A stretch of DNA of 64,000 nt from a virus, in IMG/VR virus record IMGVR_UViG_3300045412_000135, positions 6,575 to 70,574 of that record. One strand, given 5' to 3'. The notes below the pieces were generated by a model, which was not told where the DNA came from, ran no database searches, and was given only the letters and a program-made list of their open reading frames with translations. Below, piece after piece: positions 52,101-59,932 of this stretch (the stretch's first letter is position 1; each line of letters begins with the position of its first letter). Both the position numbers and the translations under genes were made by a program.

Positions 52101-55100
52101 GGATTAGTATTTTCATTATAAACTAAATTAGTTTTTAAGACATAACTACTTTGAATAGGGACAATACTACTGGATAGCAAAGTTGGATCCTGCAATCCAT
52201 ATGGTCCGTAAATTGGATTACCATCAAAAGCCCAACCGATTATGGGGGAGTGTTTAATAATAGTATTTTCTACTAATTCACCATCATCTGAAATAATTAA
52301 ACTATCACCTAAAACATATCTCATTCGTTTTGGGTTACCAATATGAGCATATTCTCCACCAAATTGATTATTAAATCCTTCAAAAACTGAACCTTCAGCA
52401 CTATCAAAAACAACTTGTGTTTTTAGGTTAAAAGTCCATTCGAAAATTTCAGATTTAAATTCTGCTCCTTCTCCAATTGATTCTAATCTAATTTGAGTTG
52501 TGCCTGAATTATATCCAATACCTTTGTTTATAATTGTAATTGATGTTACTCTCCCTAGTTCAGATCCTTCAGTTGAAATAGTTGCCTTTGCAATTGCTCC
52601 ATACCCATCTCCAGTAATCGTTACTTTAGGTGCAGTTGTATAACCAAATCCAGCAGAAATAATAGCAACAGAAATAATTCTTCCGTTGCTGACATATGCT
52701 TGGGCAGCTGCCCCCTCACCACTGCTAATTTTTATGTCTGGATTTGAGGTGTAACTTGATCCTGAGTTTGTTACTTTAATTTCTTGTATTGGTCCTCTAA
52801 CAACTGCTTTAGCTAAAGCGCCAGCACCTCCACCGCCTGTAATTGCAACAATTGGTTCTGATATATAACCTTGACCAGCAGTATTTACCAAAATTTTTGT
52901 AACAATTCCATTAGTTATAATTGCTGTTCCTGTAGCACCAACACCAGTTTCTCCATATACCGAGACCAATGGAGACTCTGTATATCCACTTCCTCCAGAA
53001 ATAACTTCATAATCTACAACAGATCCATTTACAACAACAACTCCTTCTGCTCCAGATCCTCCACCACCAGTAAATGTAGCAATTGGTGGGATCGCAGCAT
53101 CATAATTTTTACCCGAATTTAAAATTTTTACATTTGTTACTGGTCCAAAGGGATAGGTTGTTTCTGATTTATAATTCCATAAACTAACACCATTAACCAA
53201 ACTACCTATTGGTCCTGGATATGTTTCGGTTTTAACTGAAATTGTATTTGGTATTCTTGGAAATTTATATAATTTTCTTTGATTTCCTGGTAAAAGTGCT
53301 GTTCCCAAGAAAGGACCAATTTTATAATTAGGAATTCCAGATGCAGCAATATAAATGTGAGTATTATTCAAGAAAGAATTTTGAATATTTGATGGAAATT
53401 TGCTAATAGCAGTGTTAATCGATGTTGAATCACTTTTACCTGTGTTTAAGTCGATTGACAATAAAATATTTCCTTGGGCATTTTGGATAGCTGGTTGAGG
53501 AAGAGCATATTTAAATACCGTTGCACTTTCTCTACTAATTACTAAAAATTTACCGTTATAAACAATTGGATTGCCTCCATAAATTGTAAATTGATCTCCA
53601 ACTAATAAACCATGAGATTCAGTACAGGTAACTGTGGCAGTTTGATTGTTTAAACCACCATATGTAATTGTAGTGACCTTAAGTAATTTTTTAACATTAT
53701 ACAACCAACTCGTGACTAATTGAGATTCATCAGTGGTCCCAAGTTTTGAAATTGTTAATTTATCACCACTCAAATAATACTGTCCATTATCAAGAAGGGT
53801 GGTTTTATTAGCATCAACAATTCCAAAAATGCTCAATACTACTTCTTTAGAAGTTCCTTTATTAGCATAGACATAAAAATTAGATGTTACTGTGGAACCT
53901 GCATCCCACTGTTGTGCAACAGTATCATTAATACCTCTTGTACATTCAATAAATTGTGTAAGAGTTTTTTCTTTATATCTAATAGTTTCTGAACTAATAA
54001 CAAGTTCCCCATTTCTTTCTGGCCAACCAATAGTGGAATCTACATTAATAATTAAATCTTCAGATTCAAGTCCTTCAACTAATTTTGTTGCATATGGAAT
54101 AATAAAATAACCATCCAGACTTTCTTCCGATATAATTAATTCATATACATCATAATTTTCTGTTTGTATAGCAATATAATTTTCAATTAAAGCTCTTGCA
54201 TACCCAATATTAGAATCAATACTATCTTCGAATTGTTCTAACAAAGAATCTACAAGATTTTCAGGATCTCCTGATATCAATTGACACCTAATAACAGTAT
54301 CAACAGACCAACTTGATGCAGATGGTTTTATAATCTGGTCTTTTGGATAAGTTACATCAATATTAGTTCCATAAAGCAACTTAAACAAATAGGATATTGA
54401 AAAAACTGTGCCTTTGGAAGCATAAAAATCTTTAATACTTGAAAGTACATTTTTAATATCAATACTAGACAAATCTGGAGTTGGTAATCCAGGAAGATGT
54501 TGATTTATTATTTTTTCTAGTATTTTTTTCAAAAACAATCCATCTAAACTAATAACTTTACTTCCATTTACATGTTGGGCAGCAACTGATGAAGTTTCGT
54601 CCTTAAAAATTATATTATTATCTGTATCGTAATCTACAACACCACTTACTCCTCTAGAGCAATGTACAAATTCTGATTTTTGATATCCTGTTCCTGCACT
54701 AATAATATTATATCCTGTTACCTCATCTTCTCCAATTGTTGCCGAAGCTTTGGCACCCTCTGCAGTCGAGATATAAATTTTAGGTGGATATTGTTTTGAA
54801 TATCCTTCGCCAAAATTTGTGATATTAATATCAATAATTTCTCCATTAAAAATAGATGCCTGAGCCGTAGCACCAGTACCTCCAGAAAAAATACCTAAAT
54901 TATCTTTTCTATCATCAACAATATAAACACTAGGAACATTAGTGTATCCAAATCCACCACTTAATAACTCAATACCAATAACACGTCCAAAGTCATCAAC
55001 TTGAACATCTAAGATTTGAGCTCCCGTTGGTTGTATCACTTTAACTCTTGGTGTAACAGTATATCCTCTACCAGGAACTGTAATATTTACACTAATCAAT

Positions 55101-56527
55101 TTACCATCATTGTTTAATACGCCTTTAGCGATTGCTTGAATTCCATTTTCTTCCTTCGGCGGATCAATATAAATTTCTGGAGGTACGGTATATCCAAATC
55201 CACCAGAAATAACTTGGATACTACTAACTCCATTATTTTGATTGAGAAGGACATTACCTACAACTGCTCCAGTAGGATTGATAAACTGTATTCTAGGAAC
55301 AAAATCATAACCACTTCCACTATTTTCAAGCGTTATTGATTCTATATGACCGTCATCATTTACTGCAGCAGATGCAGTTGCAGAAAACGATCCCTCTAAA
55401 GTTGGAGCAGTGATAATAACAGCTGGAGGATTTACTTTGGAATATCCTTTACCACCATCTAACAGAGTGATATTATTGACACCACCAACTAAAGCTTTTG
55501 CAGTTGCATATTGACCGTCTGAGCTACTAATTATAACTTTAGGTGCATTATTTAAAGTATAACCACTACCCCCAAAAATAGATAAAATTTTAGTTATTTG
55601 ACCATCATCATTTACAACAGAGTATGCTTTTGCTCCAGAACCTATAGATAAAATTGGAGCATTAATATATTGTACAAATATTTGATTTTGTGGGCTGGCA
55701 TTAAATATAATATAATTTTCAAAAATTGAAAAGTCTTGATATGGTATTAATAATTTTCCATCTGCAATTGCTATAACAAGAGTATCAGCAGATGGGTAAT
55801 ATGAAGTATTATTTACTCTTAATGGCCAAATACTTTTTGGTGTCGTTGTGGGAACCATCGAATCCATAATATCAATTTCGGAATTGCTATATCCTTTCAA
55901 ATATAAAATTGATATTGAATCTAAATTATCAGATAAACTTATATTATCAAATGTTCTTGGTGCTGTAGTAAATTCTATCTGAGATCCAACAATTCTATAA
56001 TCAATTATGGGTCTTAAAGTTACTCCATATATAGTAACAATCAAATGACTTTCTGATTCTGGAAAAATAGGAATATCATTAAATCTTAAAGGAAATGATT
56101 TTGTAATACCATTAAATAATTCATACGGATTAAAAAGTTCTATAATTTTTTTTCGAAATTCTTCATACGATATTCCAGATCCCAAAATTATATTTGGAGA
56201 TTTTTTTAATGATTCATAGTATATTACTTCATTATTAATTAAAAGTGTTCCGTCTTGAGAAACAAATCCTTCTGTACTTTGAACTGGAATATTTGTTTCC
56301 GTATCACTAATTGATTCAATCAAATTACTAAAAGAATCTATGATTGACAAATCATAGACTGATAGATTTAAATAATCTAACAGATTATTAATAATACCTA
56401 TAGAACCACCATTTTTTTCCTGTGATTTATAATATTCTACTAAAAATGACTCGAACAATGAGCTATTTTCTTTAATAAAATCAGGAAGTTGATTTAAAAT
56501 CGAAAGTGATACTGATGCTTTCTGCAT
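40127..56527 (-). CDS. gp7: Giant multidomain baseplate wedge initiator-like protein (5466 aa)
   Basis: Follows gp6. N-terminal QLPDFIKE..F..FL.EYY; IKDFYASKGT..S..YLFKLLYG; KIQDSYLYQQFSY...VHPAGFKVFGE. Contains GxGY repeats, a YHYH-like domain, LamG domains and helical repeats. Confidence 0.85.
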   Translation of the reverse strand: MQKASVSLSILNQLPDFIKENSSLFESFLVEYYKSQEKNGGSIGIINNLLDYLNLSVYDLSIIDSFSNLIESISDTETNIPVQSTEGFVSQDGTLLINNEVIYYESLKKSPNIILGSGISYEEFRKKIIELFNPYELFNGITKSFPLRFNDIPIFPESESHLIVTIYGVTLRPIIDYRIVGSQIEFTTAPRTFDNISLSDNLDSISILYLKGYSNSEIDIMDSMVPTTTPKSIWPLRVNNTSYYPSADTLVIAIADGKLLIPYQDFSIFENYIIFNASPQNQIFVQYINAPILSIGSGAKAYSVVNDDGQITKILSIFGGSGYTLNNAPKVIISSSDGQYATAKALVGGVNNITLLDGGKGYSKVNPPAVIITAPTLEGSFSATASAAVNDDGHIESITLENSGSGYDFVPRIQFINPTGAVVGNVLLNQNNGVSSIQVISGGFGYTVPPEIYIDPPKEENGIQAIAKGVLNNDGKLISVNITVPGRGYTVTPRVKVIQPTGAQILDVQVDDFGRVIGIELLSGGFGYTNVPSVYIVDDRKDNLGIFSGGTGATAQASIFNGEIIDINITNFGEGYSKQYPPKIYISTAEGAKASATIGEDEVTGYNIISAGTGYQKSEFVHCSRGVSGVVDYDTDNNIIFKDETSSVAAQHVNGSKVISLDGLFLKKILEKIINQHLPGLPTPDLSSIDIKNVLSSIKDFYASKGTVFSISYLFKLLYGTNIDVTYPKDQIIKPSASSWSVDTVIRCQLISGDPENLVDSLLEQFEDSIDSNIGYARALIENYIAIQTENYDVYELIISEESLDGYFIIPYATKLVEGLESEDLIINVDSTIGWPERNGELVISSETIRYKEKTLTQFIECTRGINDTVAQQWDAGSTVTSNFYVYANKGTSKEVVLSIFGIVDANKTTLLDNGQYYLSGDKLTISKLGTTDESQLVTSWLYNVKKLLKVTTITYGGLNNQTATVTCTESHGLLVGDQFTIYGGNPIVYNGKFLVISRESATVFKYALPQPAIQNAQGNILLSIDLNTGKSDSTSINTAISKFPSNIQNSFLNNTHIYIAASGIPNYKIGPFLGTALLPGNQRKLYKFPRIPNTISVKTETYPGPIGSLVNGVSLWNYKSETTYPFGPVTNVKILNSGKNYDAAIPPIATFTGGGGSGAEGVVVVNGSVVDYEVISGGSGYTESPLVSVYGETGVGATGTAIITNGIVTKILVNTAGQGYISEPIVAITGGGGAGALAKAVVRGPIQEIKVTNSGSSYTSNPDIKISSGEGAAAQAYVSNGRIISVAIISAGFGYTTAPKVTITGDGYGAIAKATISTEGSELGRVTSITIINKGIGYNSGTTQIRLESIGEGAEFKSEIFEWTFNLKTQVVFDSAEGSVFEGFNNQFGGEYAHIGNPKRMRYVLGDSLIISDDGELVENTIIKHSPIIGWAFDGNPIYGPYGLQDPTLLSSSIVPIQSSYVLKTNLVYNENTNPFPVRIEGPLLSQYPAGSFIEDYQYTFNSLAVYLDEYNGRFCKTPEFPNGIYAYFITIDSAGAAKFPYAIGPSYYSDPETWNLNQFATQSNIPTGVVRYRTPFENVDIDVERVPNESTNALTLENGDFLAFEIEDENKDGIITQDEIDDPNIIFEEQKLEIFDYFPKIEISSKVDIEVETTTKFEDAKLTDFFIENTGDNYQVNDRLVFDDTGTSGYGASARISEIQGKTITAYTYEYDSIGDQFKAVVTTSEPHNLLVGDKVIIGTTPQMEPSSKTILVESLSGIEKLTIDSIGTGYSTDTGPTVQIESDSGQFASIKPIVTSNGTIEKFEIINSGLGYEENPIIRISHPQIDRRADYFFTQQYSPANNVKFLGGYVHTDKSIYAVGYSQNSDLNTIGVIQKLSTDGTVYYTKSLSSTSLATPNNYCEFVAVCKKESKVYVVGRTKPNPSLNAAYNPDVLIARYTENVTGSEATLTWQKELAGISGITRSDIVTSISCMGDNILVAGYTNTNTVSIYDGFLILLNSDGDVITKRKITSVNQSEKINNVLIDSKNIVYLIGTTSDTDILVCKLYMSGNRLLVEWTKRYSYSGYKFTDVSAIIDEYDQIYITSCAEVIATGDRKILHFMRLDNTGDILKSKFNTIDTGNFSIVPAKCSIDVFGEITAGYTYINSDSVKTIGIIKFNFDGSIKNSSKIAGPATTKLYEKGYEISSVCSDSSGDPIIIGQLYENRTQFLFNAESSYNDATGRVSSLVTVGSVTIVTDPKYGTNAYDIPLSAKMSGTTTITSSSWTLEGWFKYTSTTTTKDPHLINITSNTDTLIIEINSTTGANYGKIRAQINGSAPSSSTQTDVTTLMNAGYTHIALTKSFANTIATYTVYVNGTQYLQVTSSTNINPTQIDFGSTTGSFSNPMRVDELRLSNYNTSGVLPSTAHGIVNYSTPNGFVFKTDNNLDTVRTGNITLPNNNIILNRSSYSLTSSEQDVATIQTDYILGSEGFQILDFNIVSSGLGINYATITNYYDLWSSRTATIPAVGASKVKVSSTVLNKFFFNYFNVEKADNVKKLTINQSFDFNTNTIIKQKNSLGATVAVARILEKDLVNNTISVGDITGTFLLNTGSLEASDFFINEIKAYTFANVNATTPGTFEFNIPGSVSAKFKDYSDDDYLIRIDATLSGSTYVVGSVVTINSNQISFNQTKTLAVITGLTAVTQISLVTNLTKVLTLTTILNTELMFIRSTTSHYLTNENVVFASTNPTYSPLIGTFDIYSIISKKEFLLKLRDVPTSSLGSSTLKIFVKNPIFKFIYGQQYTFDTAHTSMQGHYLSFYRDNLYKIEYTFKNITRKGTPGFDEPGNSPFISFKITEDASNITYYADPSNLGEDGPVNTSSYIDVITSPYIGTYTVTDLDGGSITQGPNKFKFIIPFEPEKTANVLTSYYSTTSTKTVGPIAKIKLVNGGGFYKKLPLISDIESSRKIERVEIVEPGTEYEAGEYFGVPILGDGAGGKVSLIVDGTTDPAGQIVEVTVTDPGKGYTNASIDVDGIDGILGPLLTGSGAVLNVVIPPKGSGAAIFTRGDNIGKIKKLKNNNFGFNYTHDYTLRPEITFPVNVQLSNTSILSSIKIIDPGTGYTTPPEVLITGGGGTGASAEAIIKNGRISDILVKNPGTGYSTPPIITLKSSFTYVVNLDLGLFQFAFPHGITNAVEVQFQNESLGPRPEFPLTSFGYLSPTQIYYAISGQSNGLQDDQLRIALTQQDAISGNYITFINGGTGRQIILTSSFGGSAEAIVETGRFLSKELVFQGESINNSSATGYVSVNEGWQTGPRLLKLIDVQGTFEVGQSVTGLISKANGTIENISIAKGVLEVNSITNTVGKFLDDVGKPSEIVQKIQDSYLYQQFSYNIKSPVSIEMWRNTVIDNVHPAGFKVFGEIALEGGGKGLSDKTDFELSKSVNLIESSVVDVIKNYAIVEPIYSDFDNTQILFRNKRLTSSEEILTSVVQRLDDIANLFDGERISFPITIDGSPVVADASQFLITINGIVQPPKSAFEIQQGNIVFSEPPPAPTKISYATVTVQFLTSTDLTIRNTSGILPELGNTIRGLTSNTTAIVIKSTTNIITVFNISGTGFQIDEVLIVAATGLNATLSSQVIVTNQNIFRFQESITNVAGDTAVIEEINLTNDVPTNKIVISKTSGTYRNPSGLLNIKLNDFIYSAGSEIIAKVIGIAPYIDPFNPNQFVSSISISDPSTFTGLLFTRIINPLKPNAVVDDISKSLIEVTNMDDDSEKYEINFVAYENAENILMDYAYNFRTAKTIVTAGNVTASTTESKFDGGSVYFDGDGDYLTVTNASDFNFGNYTLETWLYLPSLPAGTYSMVFSLTGGPNFYWGLSKSGSTLYLISYDGDTINQQSTGPTVQVGQWTHVAWSRTGSTIKSFVNGTLVHTGISSASANASGLMIGYDDTYVNQYQFNGYLDEIRVSNIVRYTATFTPSATPFINNINTVLLIHGNTNISDDGGSPSAVAADDLVQSVRINYTNQNNHFSENETLYIKKLSYHTLSGGNFNQGQIVTGVTSGATATIIGVNYALKFLYLGSRTGTFTSEETISSGAISAKVSQYIEVPIITRQVNTTNKYIIAPFIDASTQHRFRDAANLIRQNQTYIIDEAVGRMKARYTDLLIPGDDSTSLDGTNRCKLDLSLLLDAVATDLEYGGTYNTTGAARVYLDGNGVVKFIRLQLLQSLFAHKEMSVLCQNAVDGTLSTTPTYTNKIPYLPINITADTSSPVCANVKSAIDTLWNLVNDILAPTGQVFRDAADRIWFNKKFIAQESTGYIEQWARFTLNGVQNNAFTYPTGSSERCERDIEDFILPAIISDLLTGGNVNIIDAMKYYVVEEGGNITHVKDEILPTAIAFERVNILCQYAIDNWIINGTTNTSYTPLTGEFESTAVRTTDNTITPDDGTYGGNCERVKQAIDTLFNLAVGILIPERNEKYSRYYDASNLINSNKYLIADVAVGRMQTFYPGFTFPNGNQDCKDDIVIILDGIIYDLRNGGNARTWDNSEIYTFNSYLGGEGTPPNYAFNEAKNIANEIVTNVTVNLGGYTIRNQVKDLTITADPATGSNTSASSCADVRSSINTLFSILTTAVTNGNMNHAIRQSEDNTTQLYRDAAKLLLFNKSYIKNETVQKTLINFPGFSVPGGNAKCLRDIDYIIDAIVYDLLTGGNKGIVDATLTYIDAITGTITSLDGELIQSIYAYNQVTTFIKSAIAETLVVPSPAAGQYAYTDGDISITGTQLTTIEEFIDERMNILLGTLNNSEYININQIVGYTLIDIPTISYPTRSSYTPVSGEANIGDYIYGSSSNNYAEIESITYNRGTISDLYTKFRIVYDDPNLTFTNNTSIQVQGQGTKVAAIISTEESEYYTDLDVQITSGTFAVGNILIDDNGYTATITSIGNRLQLKYVIGSWESNVFVYGLFSDAEFTVLNYYYNNAPIISTTNSKLTLDTEGLIGQFKETRKVYSSISSYYIDVIDAEGTVPDLNSVIKTTTITKLRVSYADTTFGRQFLVGDLLQDADGLIPGVKSATIVNVEVVSGDLEVDLWIVNPQGTFNVGDTVSVFEENNPFPLGTGTVQLFASNNSFAYASIEKIVPSGIGYRYYLTNVVGTISPYSQLISSSNFKAGIINVVKIEGRIKRSFVGFNGVQDTFRITRNNGEFYAPDIEGYLLVFVNGILQPPDISFNVFNDTIQFSEAPSLGSSFHAVYLGKLRQLDDISFQFDSLRSTFNLKLNDSFYSLTITEGVSSTTIKPENNIIISLNGVIQEPGVAYQLVGSRIIFAEVPRAGSTFVAFSYIGSDVDVIASEVVPPIEVTDRLVIEGETEEREVAIIESSNSLITFDYLGSVLGRNAEALVSVITGRVTSVQLTSGGSGYTSRPNISFNSSTGFDAQAKALVGISGVQVIDGGSGYSYPIIEIDTSVPNVPPEFGFKFDDTEVKWDTNAVTFDQQ
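42195..44200 (-). repeat. Four tandem ~160-180-aa helical repeats resembling phycobiliprotein beta subunits
   Basis: Each repeat has RDAAxxI/LxxN...I...P...CxxD...I/L.A/G.xxDL..GG; three end with IT[AP]D...C..V...I.TL[FW]. Confidence 0.8.
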
Positions 56528-56549
56528 TTTTACTATCTCTCTATAGTAT

Positions 56550-56556
56550 TATTTAA
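56550..56556 (-). promoter_or_regulatory. T4-type late promoter (gp7)
   Basis: TTAAATA about 23 nt upstream of the ATG. Confidence 0.55.
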
Positions 56557-56561
56557 CAACA

Positions 56562-58601
56562 TTAAACAAAACAACTTAGAGCAGCTGAATCTACTGCAAC
56601 TGGACTTGTAAATGTAAATAAATCTGGAGACGCGACTAATCCATCTGGTATTCCAGTAGATCCTCCAACAGCAGAATCTGGAATATTGGGTCCAATAGTA
56701 ATATTAGGCACACTCAAGGATAAAATTGCTCCTGAAGGTACAGTTATAGAATTTGGGTTTAGCGGGTTGATAGAAACAACAATAATTGATGGAATAGTTG
56801 ATGTTGAGCTCGAATCTGATGTATCTGAATCTACCTGAACATTACCACCAGCATCTCCTTGAACAGGGGAGGAGTCGTTAATTGATTTTAAAGGTTTTTC
56901 AAATAATGGCCCTACAATTACTTTTCCCGTAGTGCAATCATATGTACCTGCATTTTTATTAGTTATTACAAATTTATTATTCTCAGTATAATAAGAAATT
57001 AAATTACCATTACCATCATCTCTTAAATATTGAGCTTCAGAAATACCAGGTGTGTAAAATCTTGATGATCGTACTGTAAATCCAGCAGCAGAGTCGCAGG
57101 AACAATTTAAAGCTACTCCAAAATCTAAATTCCATTTTTTTGGAGAACCTAAAATGTCATACTCAATTGTTTTGTATGGAGTAATTGCAAATTGAACATC
57201 ATTAATATTTTCATCTGCGTTTAATATTATTTTTTCTAATTGCGATAAAGATAAAGTTTTACCAAAATTTCCAAGATCCTGCTCATTACCAAATTGCTGA
57301 ATAGCAGATTGAACTTTATTTTGGATATCTACAGATGTATTTGATGATAACGTACTTTCAGATAGAACACTTTTGAAAGTATTTGCAGCAATGAAAACAC
57401 CTAAACTCAAGTAGTATTCATCTGGATCTACAATTATGGTTTCTATAGATGCCATGGCATAAGGTTTTAATTTTGAAATTAATTCCTTTTTCGTTAAATT
57501 ATTTAATTTTGTCCCCGTACTAGTTTTAATTGCTACAATTACTTTTCCATAAACAGGAGGACTTAATAATTCACCGCCAAATACATTTACATATTTTGCA
57601 TTTGGATATATATTTCTAATGATTGCCTCATAATCTTTAGACGTAACAGCTCTATTTTGTGTAGCGTAGTATTTTGGAGCATTAAATTTTATAGATCTAA
57701 TACTTTCTGGTTCATCACCAAGTTGAGATTTATCATTTACTGTTAGATCAACAGTTAATGATTCACTGCCATTAGAATCTTGAATAATTCCGATATATGA
57801 CATTGAATGTATATTATTTGCTAAACGAGTATTTGTTTTTAAATATTCAATATAAATTACCTCATTATCAACTAATTTTCTTCCTATAATTCCATCTCCA
57901 AAGGATACTTCATACCTTCTATCATTAGTTTCATTTAAAAAATAAATTTTATCATTCGACTCAACAGTTGTTATGTTTTTTACTAGATTATATCTATCAT
58001 ATTGCGTAGACTGTACATTTGGACGAACATAAACTCTAATCGTATCAGTATCAACACTATCATTTGGAACAATAAATGATTGATTAATTGTACTATCTAC
58101 AATATATTGATATGAAAGTAAATTTCCCTCATAGATTATAAACGGTCCAAAACTAACTAATCCTGTTGATTTATTAACAGGAGATGTAATGTCATCTAAT
58201 GTAACAAATGTATATGACCTTCCGTTTAAAGTTCCTGTTGTAATATCTCCTTTTTTAACTGTAGCGGTAGTTGGAAAAGTTCCATCGATCGATAATGCTG
58301 TTTGTGCAGTCAATGTAATACAAGCTTTAGCAGCAGTAGCAGATTTTGGAGTGTAGTTTAGGTAACGTGCAAGTGAAACTACATTATCTCTAATTGACGC
58401 TGTATCTAAGAAAATTTCATTCAATGCCATATTTGCATTGAATGCACTATAATAAGTATTGTATGCTAAAACATCAATTAGGTATGATAGAGTTGATCCA
58501 GTGAAGTCATAGTCAGTAAATTCTCTACGAGTTCTTAGGTATGACTTAATAGATTCTCTAATTTGATCAAAATCTAAACTAACTAAATTTGTTGGTTTCA
58601 T
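56562..58601 (-). CDS. gp6: Baseplate wedge subunit
   Basis: LDFDQIRESIKSYLR...FTDYDFTGSTLSYLIDVLAYNTYY; ESIRSIKFNAPKYYATQNRAVTSKDY; PPVYGKV. Confidence 0.95.
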   Translation of the reverse strand: MKPTNLVSLDFDQIRESIKSYLRTRREFTDYDFTGSTLSYLIDVLAYNTYYSAFNANMALNEIFLDTASIRDNVVSLARYLNYTPKSATAAKACITLTAQTALSIDGTFPTTATVKKGDITTGTLNGRSYTFVTLDDITSPVNKSTGLVSFGPFIIYEGNLLSYQYIVDSTINQSFIVPNDSVDTDTIRVYVRPNVQSTQYDRYNLVKNITTVESNDKIYFLNETNDRRYEVSFGDGIIGRKLVDNEVIYIEYLKTNTRLANNIHSMSYIGIIQDSNGSESLTVDLTVNDKSQLGDEPESIRSIKFNAPKYYATQNRAVTSKDYEAIIRNIYPNAKYVNVFGGELLSPPVYGKVIVAIKTSTGTKLNNLTKKELISKLKPYAMASIETIIVDPDEYYLSLGVFIAANTFKSVLSESTLSSNTSVDIQNKVQSAIQQFGNEQDLGNFGKTLSLSQLEKIILNADENINDVQFAITPYKTIEYDILGSPKKWNLDFGVALNCSCDSAAGFTVRSSRFYTPGISEAQYLRDDGNGNLISYYTENNKFVITNKNAGTYDCTTGKVIVGPLFEKPLKSINDSSPVQGDAGGNVQVDSDTSDSSSTSTIPSIIVVSINPLNPNSITVPSGAILSLSVPNITIGPNIPDSAVGGSTGIPDGLVASPDLFTFTSPVAVDSAALSCFV

Positions 58602-59017
58602 GAGTCGGATGGCCTTTCTAGAATAAACTGGTTTTGTATAATTTTAGGTTCACCAATAATTCTATAAGTCACTACTACAACTGCAGCATCTTCATTATCT
58701 AAAACACCTACTGAAACTTCTTGAACCTCAACTCTTGGCTCATAATTGTTAATAGTTCTTAAAATTTTATCTTGAAGTTCCATACCACTGAAAACGTCCA
58801 GTGGTTCAAATAACATATTATAAACATCAGATCCTATAGTTGGTTGCATTAATCTTTCTCCAAAACGTGTTTGGACCAAGTTTTTTATAGATTGTGTAAT
58901 TGCAATTTCATTTCTAACAGGATAAATGTCTCTTGTAATCGGATTACTCCTAAAGTCAATATTTATATCTGAATAGGATCTAATATATCTAGTTTCTTCT
59001 GAAGACCTTAGTGGCAT
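58598..59017 (-). CDS. gp25: Baseplate wedge subunit
   Basis: YSDINIDF..NPIT.D; AITQSIKNLVQTRFGERLMQPTIGS; INNYEPRV. Confidence 0.95.
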   Translation of the reverse strand: MPLRSSEETRYIRSYSDINIDFRSNPITRDIYPVRNEIAITQSIKNLVQTRFGERLMQPTIGSDVYNMLFEPLDVFSGMELQDKILRTINNYEPRVEVQEVSVGVLDNEDAAVVVVTYRIIGEPKIIQNQFILERPSDS

Positions 59018-59043
59018 TAGAATAATCTATAGTATCTATCGAT

Positions 59044-59051
59044 TATTTATA
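59044..59051 (-). promoter_or_regulatory. T4-type late promoter (gp25)
   Basis: Perfect TATAAATA. Confidence 0.8.
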
Positions 59052-59055
59052 CTAA

Positions 59056-59256
59056 TTAATGCCATCTTTCTACATAGTCATCAAATCCGCCTTTTCCACC
59101 ACAGGGTCGAGAATATCTATCCGATGGTGGCTCATTTGTAGGTTTTTTGGTTTTGTTTAGATAATAATCTGCCGATGAGTCGGTAATCAAGCAAACTGTT
59201 CCAAAATCTTGTTGCATTAGGTTGATATTTCGATCTGGATTGGGTGAAATTGCCAT
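59056..59256 (-). CDS. Small conserved hypothetical protein (66 aa)
   Basis: PNPDRN...FGTVCLITD...PPSDRYSRPCGGKGGFDDYVERWH; fills the gap upstream of gp25 on the coding strand. Confidence 0.75.
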   Translation of the reverse strand: MAISPNPDRNINLMQQDFGTVCLITDSSADYYLNKTKKPTNEPPSDRYSRPCGGKGGFDDYVERWH

Positions 59257-59280
59257 TTATTTTCTCTGTAAAGGTTGAAC

Positions 59281-59310
59281 GGAACTTTTTACGGGGTTAC
59301 TATCCCGTTA
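59281..59310 (-). other. Intergenic hairpin element
   Basis: Minus strand ACGGG-ATAGTAAC-CCCGT followed by AAAAAGTTCC. It lacks a U-tail in the sense direction. Confidence 0.5.
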
Positions 59311-59907
59311 ATCAATATAAAAACCAGTTCTTAAATAACTTTCGTCCTCAATATAGTTATAAGATTCCATATTTTTTAAATCATCATCCTTCCAAACAGG
59401 TATAGCAACACTATTACCATATCTAAAGTTTGGATTTATCCTAAAATGAACCTCAATTAAGTGATTTCCAATAAATTCACAATTAATGTATTCATAATTA
59501 CCAACTAAATCATTCAAAACTTCTGGAAAATTCACATTTTGATCGATTTTTTCCCACTTTTTCCATTTATAAAGAGGATCATATGGATCCTTTGTACCTA
59601 AAACAACCAATTCAGACTTTTTATTCCTAAAATCGACGCTTATATGATTCCCATGAAAGATCTCACACCAAAATTCAGATGGATGATACTGTTCTGTGTG
59701 TTTGTAAACGAATTCTTTACGGGCATAACGACTCATTCCAAGCATATTCATGATTGGGCGAATAATATAAAAGTCGGGTTTAGGAACATAAGACCCTGTT
59801 GGTCCACATGTGTATCCCAAAACCCGACTTAAATTTAATTTATTATAGATCCACAAGTCTGAAGTATGAATCGATTCCCATTCTTCATGTGTATCTGGAA
59901 AGTGCAT
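59308..59907 (-). CDS. Hypothetical protein with degenerate ATP-grasp-like motifs
   Basis: IIRPIMNMLGMS, FWCEIFHGNHISVD and NCEFIGNHLIEVHFR parallel the ATP-grasp motifs xxKP..GxG, QExIxGxExSVD and xxIEINxR. Confidence 0.65.
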   Translation of the reverse strand: MHFPDTHEEWESIHTSDLWIYNKLNLSRVLGYTCGPTGSYVPKPDFYIIRPIMNMLGMSRYARKEFVYKHTEQYHPSEFWCEIFHGNHISVDFRNKKSELVVLGTKDPYDPLYKWKKWEKIDQNVNFPEVLNDLVGNYEYINCEFIGNHLIEVHFRINPNFRYGNSVAIPVWKDDDLKNMESYNYIEDESYLRTGFYID

Positions 59908-59932
59908 GGATTGCGTTAAGTATCGATACTAT

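Noticed and set aside
56562-56900. Ser/Asp/Pro-rich low-complexity C-terminal extension of gp6
   Set aside because: Looks like a flexible linker or tail; no further signal supports a separate function.
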